Shown one piece after another: positions 19,013 to 27,571 of a stretch of DNA of 32,000 nt (position 1 is its first letter; each line of letters opens with the position of its first letter). The notes under the pieces are model-generated. The model saw only the letters and a list, made by a program, of their open reading frames with translations, was not told the DNA's origin and did not search any database. Position numbers and translations under genes: made by a program. Source of the stretch: Schaalia meyeri (GTDB taxonomy: Bacteria; Actinomycetota; Actinomycetes; Actinomycetales; Actinomycetaceae); the NCBI RefSeq assembly GCF_900105015.1, contig NZ_FNLK01000010.1:120001-152000 (forward strand), given 5' to 3'.

Positions 19013-19546
19013 CTATTTAGCTACCTTAAACCTACGAACCAACGGCTTATCCGGCTGATCCGCACCATCAATCTTCAACGTCCACACATACACCACATCA
19101 CCACCACTACCCTCAACATCCACCGTCCACGACGAGTAATACTCACAATCCTGCTCCACACACAAATCATAAGAATCCCCACCCAAACGCCAAAAATCAG
19201 TAGCCGACATCATCTTATACACCATGTCGTCCTTATTCACCGAAACCCGATTCTGCGCATCCAACTTAAACTGCTGACCCGAAATACCAGCCGGATCCAC
19301 CCCCACCAACTGAGCACCCACCATCTTACTCAACGCCACAGCCTTCTCACCAATCCTGCGCTTTTCCTGCCCAGAAGCAGAACTCATCTGAGCAATCAAC
19401 TCACGCTTTTGACCCTCCGGAATATTCTGCAACTTACTAATATCAGCAGAACCCCCACGAAACGGAAAACAACCAGACAAACCAACAACAACAAACAAAA
19501 AAGACGAAGCCGCAGCAACAACACGACGAGAAACAAGAGACAACAT
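19013..19546 (-). CDS. Lipoprotein of unknown function (T7SS-associated by context)
   Basis: ATG 19546 is preceded by AAGGGGAG; the track ORF starts earlier at 19576. Signal peptide with lipobox MLSLVSRRVVAAASSFLFVVVGLSG/C. The gene has strikingly atypical composition (plus strand G-poor, A/C-rich). Confidence 0.75.
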   Translation of the reverse strand: MLSLVSRRVVAAASSFLFVVVGLSGCFPFRGGSADISKLQNIPEGQKRELIAQMSSASGQEKRRIGEKAVALSKMVGAQLVGVDPAGISGQQFKLDAQNRVSVNKDDMVYKMMSATDFWRLGGDSYDLCVEQDCEYYSSWTVDVEGSGGDVVYVWTLKIDGADQPDKPLVRRFKVAK

Positions 19547-19614
19547 AACTACTCCCCTTACTTTCAGACTGGTCAATCATACGCACCCCGGGGGGCGCCG
19601 TGTCAAGAATGTGA

Positions 19615-22600
19615 TCACATAGAGGGAGGGGTCCACGACATCTGCGCGGCCACCACCCCCAGATCGCGGTGGACGACCTGCGCGCGTCCCGCCACCGCGC
19701 GCCTGGGTTTCACGCCGTTAATGACCGCGCCCTCCTTGGGATTGCCGGACAGCAGGATGCCGGTGACCGCCAGGTCGCCCATCATCTGTATCACCTTCTC
19801 GAAGGCCGCGCGCGACGCGCCACCCATGCGGCGCGTGATGATCACGTGCAGGCCGATATCGCCCGCCTGCGGCAGCAGATCCAGCATCTCCATCAGCGGG
19901 TTGCCCGACGTGGTGGCCACCAGATCGTAGTCGTCAACCAGGATCCACACCTCGGGACCCGACCACCACGTCCGCTCGCGGATCTGCTCCGGCGTCACGT
20001 CCGATCCGGGCAGGCGCGTGCGCAGGAACTTCGCCAGGTCGCGCAACTGTCCCATAGCCTCCTGGTGGTTGGTCAGGTACCGCAGAGAATAATCCTCGGG
20101 GATGTCGCCCAGCAGGGAGCGGCGCATATCGAGCGTCACGATCTTTGCCTCGGAAGGAGAGTACAGGCGCGTGATCTCCTGGATGATGGAACGCAAGAAC
20201 GCCGTCTTGCCCGTCTTTGCGTCGCCGAAAAGATACAGGTGCGACTCCGAGCGCGTGTTGAACATGAGCGGCCCCAGGCGGGACTCCTCCACGCCCAGGA
20301 TCATGTCGCCGCCGCCGCGCGGCAGAATCTGCTGCTCCGGCAGCTGAGACAGGATCTCCTGGGTCGTGATCAGCTCCGGCAGCAGGCGCAGCTTCGGCCC
20401 CTCGCCGGCCACCAAGGACTCGCGAATCTTTTCCACCGTATAGGTAACGCCCTGTGACACGGTGGCCGGATCCTGGTCCTCGTCCGCGCGGGGCAGGGCC
20501 ACCATCATCTCGTGCCCCACCATGTCGATGCCGCGACCCGGCCGCCCCTTCGGAATACGGGCCGCACCGTCGCGGTTGACGATCGACTCCTTCGGATTCG
20601 CCGTGTGCAGCTCCAGCCTGGACCCGAAAATATCCTGCGCCTCCGAACGAATGTCCATCCAGCGAGCCGCAGAAACCACCAGGTGAACGCCCAAGGACAG
20701 GCCGCGGCTCATCATCGTCGTCACCTCTTTATCCAGGCTGTCGAACTCCGAACGCAGCGCGCCCCAACCGTCGACCACCAAGAACACGTCGCCGTAACCA
20801 TCATCGAAACGCCCCTCCTGGCGCCCCCGCCGGTACGTGTCCATCGAATCGATGCCGTGCTGACGGAAATACCGCTCGCGATCATCCATGATGGACGCGA
20901 TCTCCGCCAGCATACGCGTGCGCGCCTCGGGCGTGTCGCGCGTCGTGATGCCGGCAACGTGCGGTGCGCCATCGAAACCAGCAAACGTGCCGCCACCGAA
21001 GTCCATCACATAGAACTGGACCTCCTGCGGCGTGTAAGTCAGCGACAGGGCCTGCACGATCGTACGCAGCGTCGTCGACTTACCCGTCTGCGGGCCACCC
21101 ACCAGCGCAAAGTTACCGCCCGCACCCGACAGGTCCAAGATCAGCGTCTCGCGGCGCTGCTCCAGCGGCAAGTCGACCGTGCCCAAGGGGACGCGCAGCG
21201 TCCCAGACTCGCGCCACGCGCGCGACACAAAGCCCAGATCCGGGTCCGGCCCCAGATCCGGCATCAGCGTGGCGAACGTATCCGGGATCTCCAGAGGCGG
21301 CAACCACACCTGGTGAGCCGGGTAGCCCTTCCCCTTCATCTTCGCCACGGCGATGTCCATCTCAGACATGTCCGCCCACTCCTCGTCGCCAGCCAGGACC
21401 ACCTCCTGACTCTGATCGACCTCCTCCTCTTCATCACCCATCGAATCCTCGCGCGTGATCACGGGAGCCACAGTAAACGGCAGGATCTCAATCGGAGCGC
21501 TGGGAGCGCCAGCCGTCGACGCCTCGGAAATGGACGCCAACGTTCGGGCCGGCGGGGGAGCCGCCACGTAAGACGCGCGGAAACGGACCAGCCCGTCGCC
21601 GCCAGCCTTCAAGAACCCCGAACCCGGCAAAGGCGGCAGCTTCGCCGCGTCAGGAATACCCAAAACCTCGCGCGAATCGTTCTCCGTGAACGTCTTCAGC
21701 GCCACGCGATACGACAGGTGCGATTCCAGGCCCCGCGCCTTACCCAAATCCATCTTCTGGGAGGCCAACAACAGGTGCACCGACAGCGAACGACCCAGAC
21801 GGCCGATCATGATGAACACCTCGCCGAACTCCGGCTTGGCCACCAGCATTTCCGTGAACTCGTCCAGGACGATAAACAGCGCCGGCAGCGGCGGGAAATC
21901 ATGCTTGCCCGCCAAACGGTCCGCCTCGTAGTCGCTCACGTTCGCATAGTTACCCGCCTGGCGCAGCATCTCCTGGCGGCGAACCATCTCACCCTGCAGC
22001 GCATCCTGCATGCGATCAACCAGCGACAGCTCCGACTCCAGGTTCGAAATCATGGCCGACACGTGCGGCAGATCAGCCATGCCGGCGAAGGTCGCGCCAC
22101 CCTTGAAGTCCACCAGCACCAGGTTCAACTGTTCGGGAGAGTGCGTCAGCGCCAACGCCAACACCAGCGTGCGCAACACCTCGGACTTACCCGAACCCGT
22201 CGCGCCGATCAACAGGCCGTGCGGACCCATACCCTGCTGGGCGGATTCCTTAATGTCCAGCACCACCGGCTTGCCCTCGGGCGTCACCGCGAAGGGCGCG
22301 GCCAAGCGTTCGCGGCCCTCGCGGCGCGTCCACTGCCTCTCCGGGTCGAAATCGCGAATATCACCAATACCGATCAGCTCCATCAGATCCATCTGACGGG
22401 ACTCATCCGAGCGGCCCATCGGCGTGTCCGCCTCTTCCAGGCTCTGCTGGGTCGCAAACGGCGTCATACGCCGGGCGACGGCCTCCGCCTGAATCGCGGA
22501 CAGACGGTCGGCGTGCGCTGTCTCGGGAACCGCGTCCATGGTCACCACGTCGATCACGTCCAAACCATTGTGATCCGGGCTGGGGTGGATCACCAGACGC

Positions 22601-23661
22601 AGCGCCGTGTGCGACTTCATCGGGGTCCACTCGCGCGCACGGCTCATCACCGTCACGCCCCGCACCCCCGCCATCGAAGCGAAGGGGGACGTGGACGGGA
22701 ATTCGGCCCCGTCACACACCAGCAACAGATGAGGCCACTCCGGCATGTCATCGCCCGGCCTGAAAGCCCCGCGCATCGGGATTTCCGGGCCGATCATCTC
22801 CGCCAACTCCGCCGGATCCGTCGAAATCATGCGACCGGGGCCCACCGCGTCACGCACCACCGCCGAGCGTGCCTGGGGCATCCACTTCACCCATTCCCAG
22901 TCATTCAGACGATCCGCGGAGCACAGGACCGCGATCTTCAGTTTCGACGGCTCAATGAAGCATGCCACGTGCATCATGATCGCGCGCATCTCGTCGTAGA
23001 CGGCCTCGCCCTCGCCCGCAACCTCGATGTGGCTGTAATCACCCAGGTACAGGAACTTGCCCACGTTATCCGTGTGGTCGTGGACCCCGATAAAACGATC
23101 CATCGCAGACAGGCACACCACGTCCATCTCCGTCATCGGATCGATCGGCGGACGGTTGAACGTGAGCCCCAGGGGCTGCGTGCCGCTGCCATAGCGGAAC
23201 GCCAGCAAATCGTACGTGTTGCCCTCGCGTGACCACAGGCGCGCCCCGTTGGCCGCCAGGGTCACCAGTGCATCCGGGTCCGGGTACACCCAGTTGTAGT
23301 AGGCCCGCTGCTTCTTGACAACCTTGCGCACAGCCTCGCGCGTCTTAGCCAGATACGACAGGTATTCGCGCCGCTGAGTCACCACGCGCGTCCGATACTG
23401 CGCGAACTGGCGATAAATGTTGAAGCCCACCATGCCCAGCATCGCGACCAGCATGCCGCCGCCCATCAGCATCGAACGCGTGCCGCCGGTCTGCAGGGCC
23501 ATGAAAACCATGACACCCGTGGATCCCAGCATCGGGACGACCATCATCAAGACGTTACCCATCGCTGCGGGTTCGGCCTTCTCCGGCGGTATCTGCAGGT
23601 CAAGGGTGCCGGAGGGCTGCTCCGGAACCTTAGCAGTGCGCCGTTTCTTGCGTGTAACCAT
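19615..23661 (-). CDS. eccC: Type VII secretion FtsK/SpoIIIE-family ATPase EccC (fused EccCa/EccCb, three P-loop domains)
   Basis: 1348 aa. GAGGAGA 5 nt upstream of ATG 23661. Two N-terminal TM helices. Walker A motifs GATGSGKSE, GGPQTGKST and GDAKTGKTA, each in an FtsK-like domain. Confidence 0.95.
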   Translation of the reverse strand: MVTRKKRRTAKVPEQPSGTLDLQIPPEKAEPAAMGNVLMMVVPMLGSTGVMVFMALQTGGTRSMLMGGGMLVAMLGMVGFNIYRQFAQYRTRVVTQRREYLSYLAKTREAVRKVVKKQRAYYNWVYPDPDALVTLAANGARLWSREGNTYDLLAFRYGSGTQPLGLTFNRPPIDPMTEMDVVCLSAMDRFIGVHDHTDNVGKFLYLGDYSHIEVAGEGEAVYDEMRAIMMHVACFIEPSKLKIAVLCSADRLNDWEWVKWMPQARSAVVRDAVGPGRMISTDPAELAEMIGPEIPMRGAFRPGDDMPEWPHLLLVCDGAEFPSTSPFASMAGVRGVTVMSRAREWTPMKSHTALRLVIHPSPDHNGLDVIDVVTMDAVPETAHADRLSAIQAEAVARRMTPFATQQSLEEADTPMGRSDESRQMDLMELIGIGDIRDFDPERQWTRREGRERLAAPFAVTPEGKPVVLDIKESAQQGMGPHGLLIGATGSGKSEVLRTLVLALALTHSPEQLNLVLVDFKGGATFAGMADLPHVSAMISNLESELSLVDRMQDALQGEMVRRQEMLRQAGNYANVSDYEADRLAGKHDFPPLPALFIVLDEFTEMLVAKPEFGEVFIMIGRLGRSLSVHLLLASQKMDLGKARGLESHLSYRVALKTFTENDSREVLGIPDAAKLPPLPGSGFLKAGGDGLVRFRASYVAAPPPARTLASISEASTAGAPSAPIEILPFTVAPVITREDSMGDEEEEVDQSQEVVLAGDEEWADMSEMDIAVAKMKGKGYPAHQVWLPPLEIPDTFATLMPDLGPDPDLGFVSRAWRESGTLRVPLGTVDLPLEQRRETLILDLSGAGGNFALVGGPQTGKSTTLRTIVQALSLTYTPQEVQFYVMDFGGGTFAGFDGAPHVAGITTRDTPEARTRMLAEIASIMDDRERYFRQHGIDSMDTYRRGRQEGRFDDGYGDVFLVVDGWGALRSEFDSLDKEVTTMMSRGLSLGVHLVVSAARWMDIRSEAQDIFGSRLELHTANPKESIVNRDGAARIPKGRPGRGIDMVGHEMMVALPRADEDQDPATVSQGVTYTVEKIRESLVAGEGPKLRLLPELITTQEILSQLPEQQILPRGGGDMILGVEESRLGPLMFNTRSESHLYLFGDAKTGKTAFLRSIIQEITRLYSPSEAKIVTLDMRRSLLGDIPEDYSLRYLTNHQEAMGQLRDLAKFLRTRLPGSDVTPEQIRERTWWSGPEVWILVDDYDLVATTSGNPLMEMLDLLPQAGDIGLHVIITRRMGGASRAAFEKVIQMMGDLAVTGILLSGNPKEGAVINGVKPRRAVAGRAQVVHRDLGVVAAQMSWTPPSM

Positions 23662-23799
23662 CGGGTCTCCTCGCGCTGCGCGCCTCCGTGTTCGATGCGA
23701 TTTCCCCCAGTGTAGCGGAGTGGACTTCCAAGTTTTAACCGACGGTTAGCCGCGGTGCACTACACTGGTCACTGTTGTATCCCTGAGATCGGAGGTCCC
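23662..23799. promoter_or_regulatory. Divergent eccC / eccD intergenic control region with 9-bp inverted repeat
   Basis: 138-bp gap between divergent start codons. CCAGTGTAG (23707-23715) and its exact complement CTACACTGG (23760-23768). GGAGG RBS at 23791-23795 for eccD. No promoter hexamers confidently identified. Confidence 0.4.
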
Positions 23800-25221
23800 A
23801 TGAGCGCCAACATGGTGTCCGTGACCGTTATCGACCAGGACGGCGCCTCCGATTTCGCCGCCCCCCAAGGGACCACGGTCGCAGGATTGTGCGCCATGCT
23901 GGCCATCGACCTGACCGTGCCCTCAGTCCGCTTGACACACGCGGACGGACGCCCGCTGGACAGCGGTTCCGTCCTGGGACAGGAACTGCCCTCCGGATCC
24001 ATGATCGCGCTCTCCAGCCGCGTCCTGTCTGCCCAACAGATCAACGAGGCATCGGCGCGCCAGGAGAACCAGTGGCTGTCCCCCGTGCTGGCCCTGGTCG
24101 GCCTCTGTTTCCTGCTCATCGGCGCCATCAGCTCCCTGTGCCTGCTGCCCCTGGTCGCCGACGCCGCCCTCAGCCAATTTACGCACCCGGAGGACGGACC
24201 CACCTGGGCTCTCGTTGCCTCGTCAATCCCGATCTGGCTGCGCATCCTGTGCTCCCTGATCTGCTGCGCCGCCGCTGCCGCGCCCCTCTTCGTCTCTCGG
24301 TCCGTTCGCTCGCGGCCCGTGATGCTCCTGCTGATGCCTGCCCTCGCCGGATACAGCGCGATCGGCTTCGTGTCGGCCACGGGACTGCACGCCCTGTCCG
24401 TCGCGCCCGTCGTCGGGGTCTGGGTCGCCCTGGTGGTCGCCCTGGCCGTGGTCTCGCTGACGGCCGCCCCCTCCGCGATCAGCGCGATGCTCGCCTGGGT
24501 CGGCGCGACCGCCCTGGTGACGATCAGCGCCTACCCCCTCTTTCACCTGATCGACATCGCTCCGTTGGCCGTCGTGCTGGGCATTTATCTTCTCCTCATG
24601 GCGCCCCGCCTCGCGCTGCGCGTGCCCGACAGTCAGCTCGTTGACGTTTCCGCCGTCCTCACGATCGCCTCCCGCATCCGCCAGGCCCCGACCCAACCCC
24701 CCAGCCCCGTCACCGGCGGGCGCATGGCGACCGCCCTGGGGCACACGGGCGCCCGCAACACTCTGCTGGTGACGGCCTCCGCCATCTTCGTCCTGGCGGG
24801 AGGCATCCCCCTGGCGCGCACCGTCACCCCGACCATCGAAATGGGGCGGGGGCTGGCAGGCTTCATTCTGGTGATCGCGGCGATCCTCACCCTGCTCACC
24901 GCGCCCCGCGCCACCCGAAGCCACCTGGGCCGCATCCTGCCTCGTATCGGGGCCGCCGGCCTGGCGTGCGCCTTCCTCTTCGGCAGCTGGGTCCAATCCT
25001 GGACTGCCCCCGTCGGCATGTACCCCCTGATTCCGATGTGCGTCCTGGTTATCGTCGGCATCTCCATAGCCGCCTGGGCGACACTGTACGAGCCGCAGGG
25101 GCACGCGGCACTGGTCGGCACCATCCTCGATTTCCTCCAAACCTTCTGCATCTTTACACTCTTCCCCGCGGCATTCATGGCCTCGGGCCTGTTCGCGTTC
25201 GCCTGGAGGGCGGTCCTGTAA
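23800..25221 (+). CDS. eccD: Type VII secretion integral membrane protein EccD (paralog 1)
   Basis: ATG 23800 with GGAGG 5 nt upstream; the track start 23755 is a GTG extension. N-terminal YukD/ubiquitin-like beta-grasp (VSVTVIDQDGASDFAAPQGTTVAGLCAMLAIDLT...RLTHADGRPLD...). About 11 hydrophobic helices follow. Confidence 0.85.
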   Translation: MSANMVSVTVIDQDGASDFAAPQGTTVAGLCAMLAIDLTVPSVRLTHADGRPLDSGSVLGQELPSGSMIALSSRVLSAQQINEASARQENQWLSPVLALVGLCFLLIGAISSLCLLPLVADAALSQFTHPEDGPTWALVASSIPIWLRILCSLICCAAAAAPLFVSRSVRSRPVMLLLMPALAGYSAIGFVSATGLHALSVAPVVGVWVALVVALAVVSLTAAPSAISAMLAWVGATALVTISAYPLFHLIDIAPLAVVLGIYLLLMAPRLALRVPDSQLVDVSAVLTIASRIRQAPTQPPSPVTGGRMATALGHTGARNTLLVTASAIFVLAGGIPLARTVTPTIEMGRGLAGFILVIAAILTLLTAPRATRSHLGRILPRIGAAGLACAFLFGSWVQSWTAPVGMYPLIPMCVLVIVGISIAAWATLYEPQGHAALVGTILDFLQTFCIFTLFPAAFMASGLFAFAWRAVL

Positions 25222-26882
25222 TGCCTGACACCACAACGACTCCTTTCGCCCCCGCGACCGCGACGCGACTCGTGGGCGCCTACTTCGTCGACCTGGCGGT
25301 CCTCGGCGCGCTGGCCGGTGCGACCTGGTTCGTGTACTTCACGCCCCTGACGATCACCTTCATCACCGTCGAGGCCGTGGTGGCCTCCGCGATCATGCTG
25401 GGTGCCACCGGACGCACCCCCGGCATGGCGGCCATGCGTGTGTGCCTGATCCGTGACGAAACAGACGCGCAAACCCCCTCCCTCGGCGCCGCCCTGGCCT
25501 ACACGGCCATGACCGTGGCGCTCCAGCTGACCGTCGTCGGCCCCCTCGCCGCGCTCGCCATGGTCCGTGATGGACACACCTGGCTCACCGGAGCGACCCG
25601 CACCCGCCTGGTCGACCTGCGCAAGCACGCGGCGCTCGCGACGGGACCCGCCGCCGTCGGCATGGGGGAGGGGGCCGACCGGCCCCGCCCGGGGCAGGCC
25701 CCCAGCGGATTCGACAGCGTCCACACCAGCCCGGTGTCACAGGAATGGGACGCTCCGACCTCCCCGCTCATGTCAGCCCCCCACGCGATTGACTACTCCG
25801 TGCCCGGAGTCCCGGGTGGTTCCAGTGATTCCACTGTTTCGGGCTACGCCGCACCGGGATTCCCCGGTGGTTCCACTGTTCCGGACTATTCCGCGCCCGG
25901 AGGCCCGGATGGTTCCAGTGATTCCACTGTTTCGGGCTACGCCGCGCCGGGATTCCCCGGTGGTTCCAGCGGCGCCGGTAGCTCTAGTGGCCCCGGTGTT
26001 TCAGGCTATTCCGCGTCCGGACGCTCTGCCGGTCCCAGTGGCCCCAGTGGGCCGGGCTACGCCGCGTCGCAGCAGAGCGTCCCGCCGACCGTGCCGCCGC
26101 GCGCCCCCGTTCCCCCAGCTTCCTCCGATCCCTCGCTCCGCGGGGCCTTAGCCCCGCAAGTCCCTGCGGCCCCCGCCCCCTCCCGGGAGCAGTCCAGCGA
26201 GTCCACGCAATTCGATGCGATTCTTGCGCCTGCCTCGGATACCTCTGGAGGCTCTGGTTTCATGCCCGAGCACCCCGCGCCGCCGCGTACCGCCGTATCC
26301 GGCTCGCGGGTTCCACCCGCCGCCCCCCCAGGAAACGGGGATGTGCCCGGCCGACAGGTGCCCGCGCAGCCAGCCCAGGCCTCGTATGCGATCGGGCAGC
26401 CGGAGAGTGACGCCGCCGGGCAATACGCGCCTCGCACGTCGGGCGTGCCCGCGCCGCCGCCCAGCCGACGCGCCTACCAGGCCGCCCGCAGGAATGATCC
26501 CGACCGGTTGCAGGGGGGTGCTCCCGCCGCGTCGACATCCAGCCCCCTGCTGTGGCTCATCTTCGATTCTGGGCAACGCGAACTCATTGACGCTCCCCTG
26601 ACCCTCGGGCGCGCGCCAGCGTCCGACGAAGGCTCGCGCGCCGTCGTGGTCCCCGACACGACCGTATCGCTGTCGCGCACGCACATGCGTGTCGGCCCCG
26701 CAGCAAGCGGCGCGTGGATCGAAGATGCGTTCTCGGCGAATGGGACGCAGATCCGGACGCCAGACGGGCGCATCGCTGCGCTGGCGGGCGGGCAGGCGGT
26801 CGAGGTTCCCGCAGGCACCGAGATCCTGATGGGGGAGCGGCGCGCCACCATCGTCTACGCCGACGCGGATTCGGTGCGGTGA
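25221..26882 (+). CDS. RDD-domain membrane protein fused to a Pro/Ser/Gly-rich linker and a C-terminal FHA domain
   Basis: ATG 25221 overlaps the eccD stop (TAATG); the track ORF from 24966 is an in-gene extension. RDD family signature (RLVGAYFVDLAVLGALAG ... GRTPGMAAMRVCLIRDETD) with TM helices. About 330-aa low-complexity linker. FHA signature LTLGRAP...TVSLSRTHMRV...IEDAFSANGTQI. Confidence 0.85.
   Translation: MPDTTTTPFAPATATRLVGAYFVDLAVLGALAGATWFVYFTPLTITFITVEAVVASAIMLGATGRTPGMAAMRVCLIRDETDAQTPSLGAALAYTAMTVALQLTVVGPLAALAMVRDGHTWLTGATRTRLVDLRKHAALATGPAAVGMGEGADRPRPGQAPSGFDSVHTSPVSQEWDAPTSPLMSAPHAIDYSVPGVPGGSSDSTVSGYAAPGFPGGSTVPDYSAPGGPDGSSDSTVSGYAAPGFPGGSSGAGSSSGPGVSGYSASGRSAGPSGPSGPGYAASQQSVPPTVPPRAPVPPASSDPSLRGALAPQVPAAPAPSREQSSESTQFDAILAPASDTSGGSGFMPEHPAPPRTAVSGSRVPPAAPPGNGDVPGRQVPAQPAQASYAIGQPESDAAGQYAPRTSGVPAPPPSRRAYQAARRNDPDRLQGGAPAASTSSPLLWLIFDSGQRELIDAPLTLGRAPASDEGSRAVVVPDTTVSLSRTHMRVGPAASGAWIEDAFSANGTQIRTPDGRIAALAGGQAVEVPAGTEILMGERRATIVYADADSVR
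25818..25967 (+). repeat. Near-perfect 57-nt direct repeat with 93-nt period inside the RDD-FHA linker
   Basis: GGTTCCAGTGATTCCACTGTTTCGGGCTACGCCGC[A/G]CCGGGATTCCCCGGTGGTTCC occurs at 25818-25874 and 25911-25967 with one mismatch. It encodes GSSDSTVSGYAAPGFPGGS twice. Confidence 0.85.
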
Positions 26883-27348
26883 TCGCGAGCGGTAGCCGTC
26901 GCTAAAGGCGGCTTCACGGCAGCACGCCGCCCGATGATCGACGCTGTCAAGCAGTAGGCGGACGGGGTCGTGTCCTCCTTCAGATCGCTCACGACGCCTC
27001 TCGCCCCATACCCTAGGATTTGAGGCGCGTTGACCCGCATACGCGCGCCGTCTTTCGATGGTGGTGTATTTGGTGGGTTGGGTGTCTGGTGCGGGGTTGG
27101 GATGGTGGGTGGGCGAGGAGGGGCAGGAGTTGGTAGTCCGGGTTTGTTTCGAGGCGCGTTGGCTCACTTGGCGCGCATAAATCTTGCTGAGGTGTTCGTG
27201 GTGGGCAGCCCTGTTCGCGGGCATGTATGCGCCTTAGCGTGCGCCGTAGAGGGCTGCGCGTATCTTAGCGGGTTGAGAACAGTCAGCCCGATAACGGGGG
27301 TGTGGCCTGCGTGGATGGGGGTGAGCGCGCGGCGCGCGTGAGTCCCGC

Positions 27349-27500
27349 ATCTGGATAGGAAACGGCTTCGTGGATAGGAAACGGCCACCTGGATAGGTTA
27401 CGAGCTTCTGGATAGGTTAATAACCTATCCACGAGTGCATAACCTATCCAGAAACGCACTTCCTATCCACGAACCAGCCGCAAAGGGCAGCAACACCAGC
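27349..27500. repeat. Iteron module A: 4 forward + 3 inverted TGGATAGG cores at exact 19-bp spacing around a 23-bp perfect palindrome
   Basis: TGGATAGG starts at 27352, 27371, 27390 and 27409. CCTATCCA starts at 27424, 27443 and 27462. Palindrome TGGATAGGTTA-A-TAACCTATCCA at 27409-27431. Conserved tail CGAACCAGCCGCAAAGGGCAGCAACACCAGC at 27470-27500. Confidence 0.9.
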
Positions 27501-27571
27501 GGTAGATCATGCGTTTGGGCGGGTCGCCAATCGCAGGCACCGCTTTTTGGGCGATGTTGACGGCAGCCCTG

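Noticed and set aside
27040-27080. Possible decayed remnant of another S8 gene 3' end. The minus strand CCAAATACACCACC resembles CCCAAATACCACCGC, which encodes PKYHR.
   Set aside because: Similarity is limited to about 12 nt, and the flanks do not align with the conserved inter-gene junction. This is within chance for this composition.
27092-27112. G-quadruplex-type motif GGGGTTGGGATGGTGGGTGGG within a G/T-rich stretch (about 27055-27140).
   Set aside because: Such motifs are expected frequently by chance in DNA this GC-rich, and there is no positional link to a start site. Noted but not considered informative without experimental data.
27409-27431. Central palindrome as a DtxR/IdeR iron box, since the half-site ATAGGTTA resembles TTAGGTTAG of TTAGGTTAGCCTAACCTAA. 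This was attractive because ESX-3 is IdeR-regulated.
   Set aside because: Half-site spacing is 2 bp shorter than the 19-bp iron box. The other 12 cores are non-palindromic half-sites. The location is downstream of both neighbouring genes rather than at a promoter. This is not enough to call it, though it is worth testing with a PWM scan.
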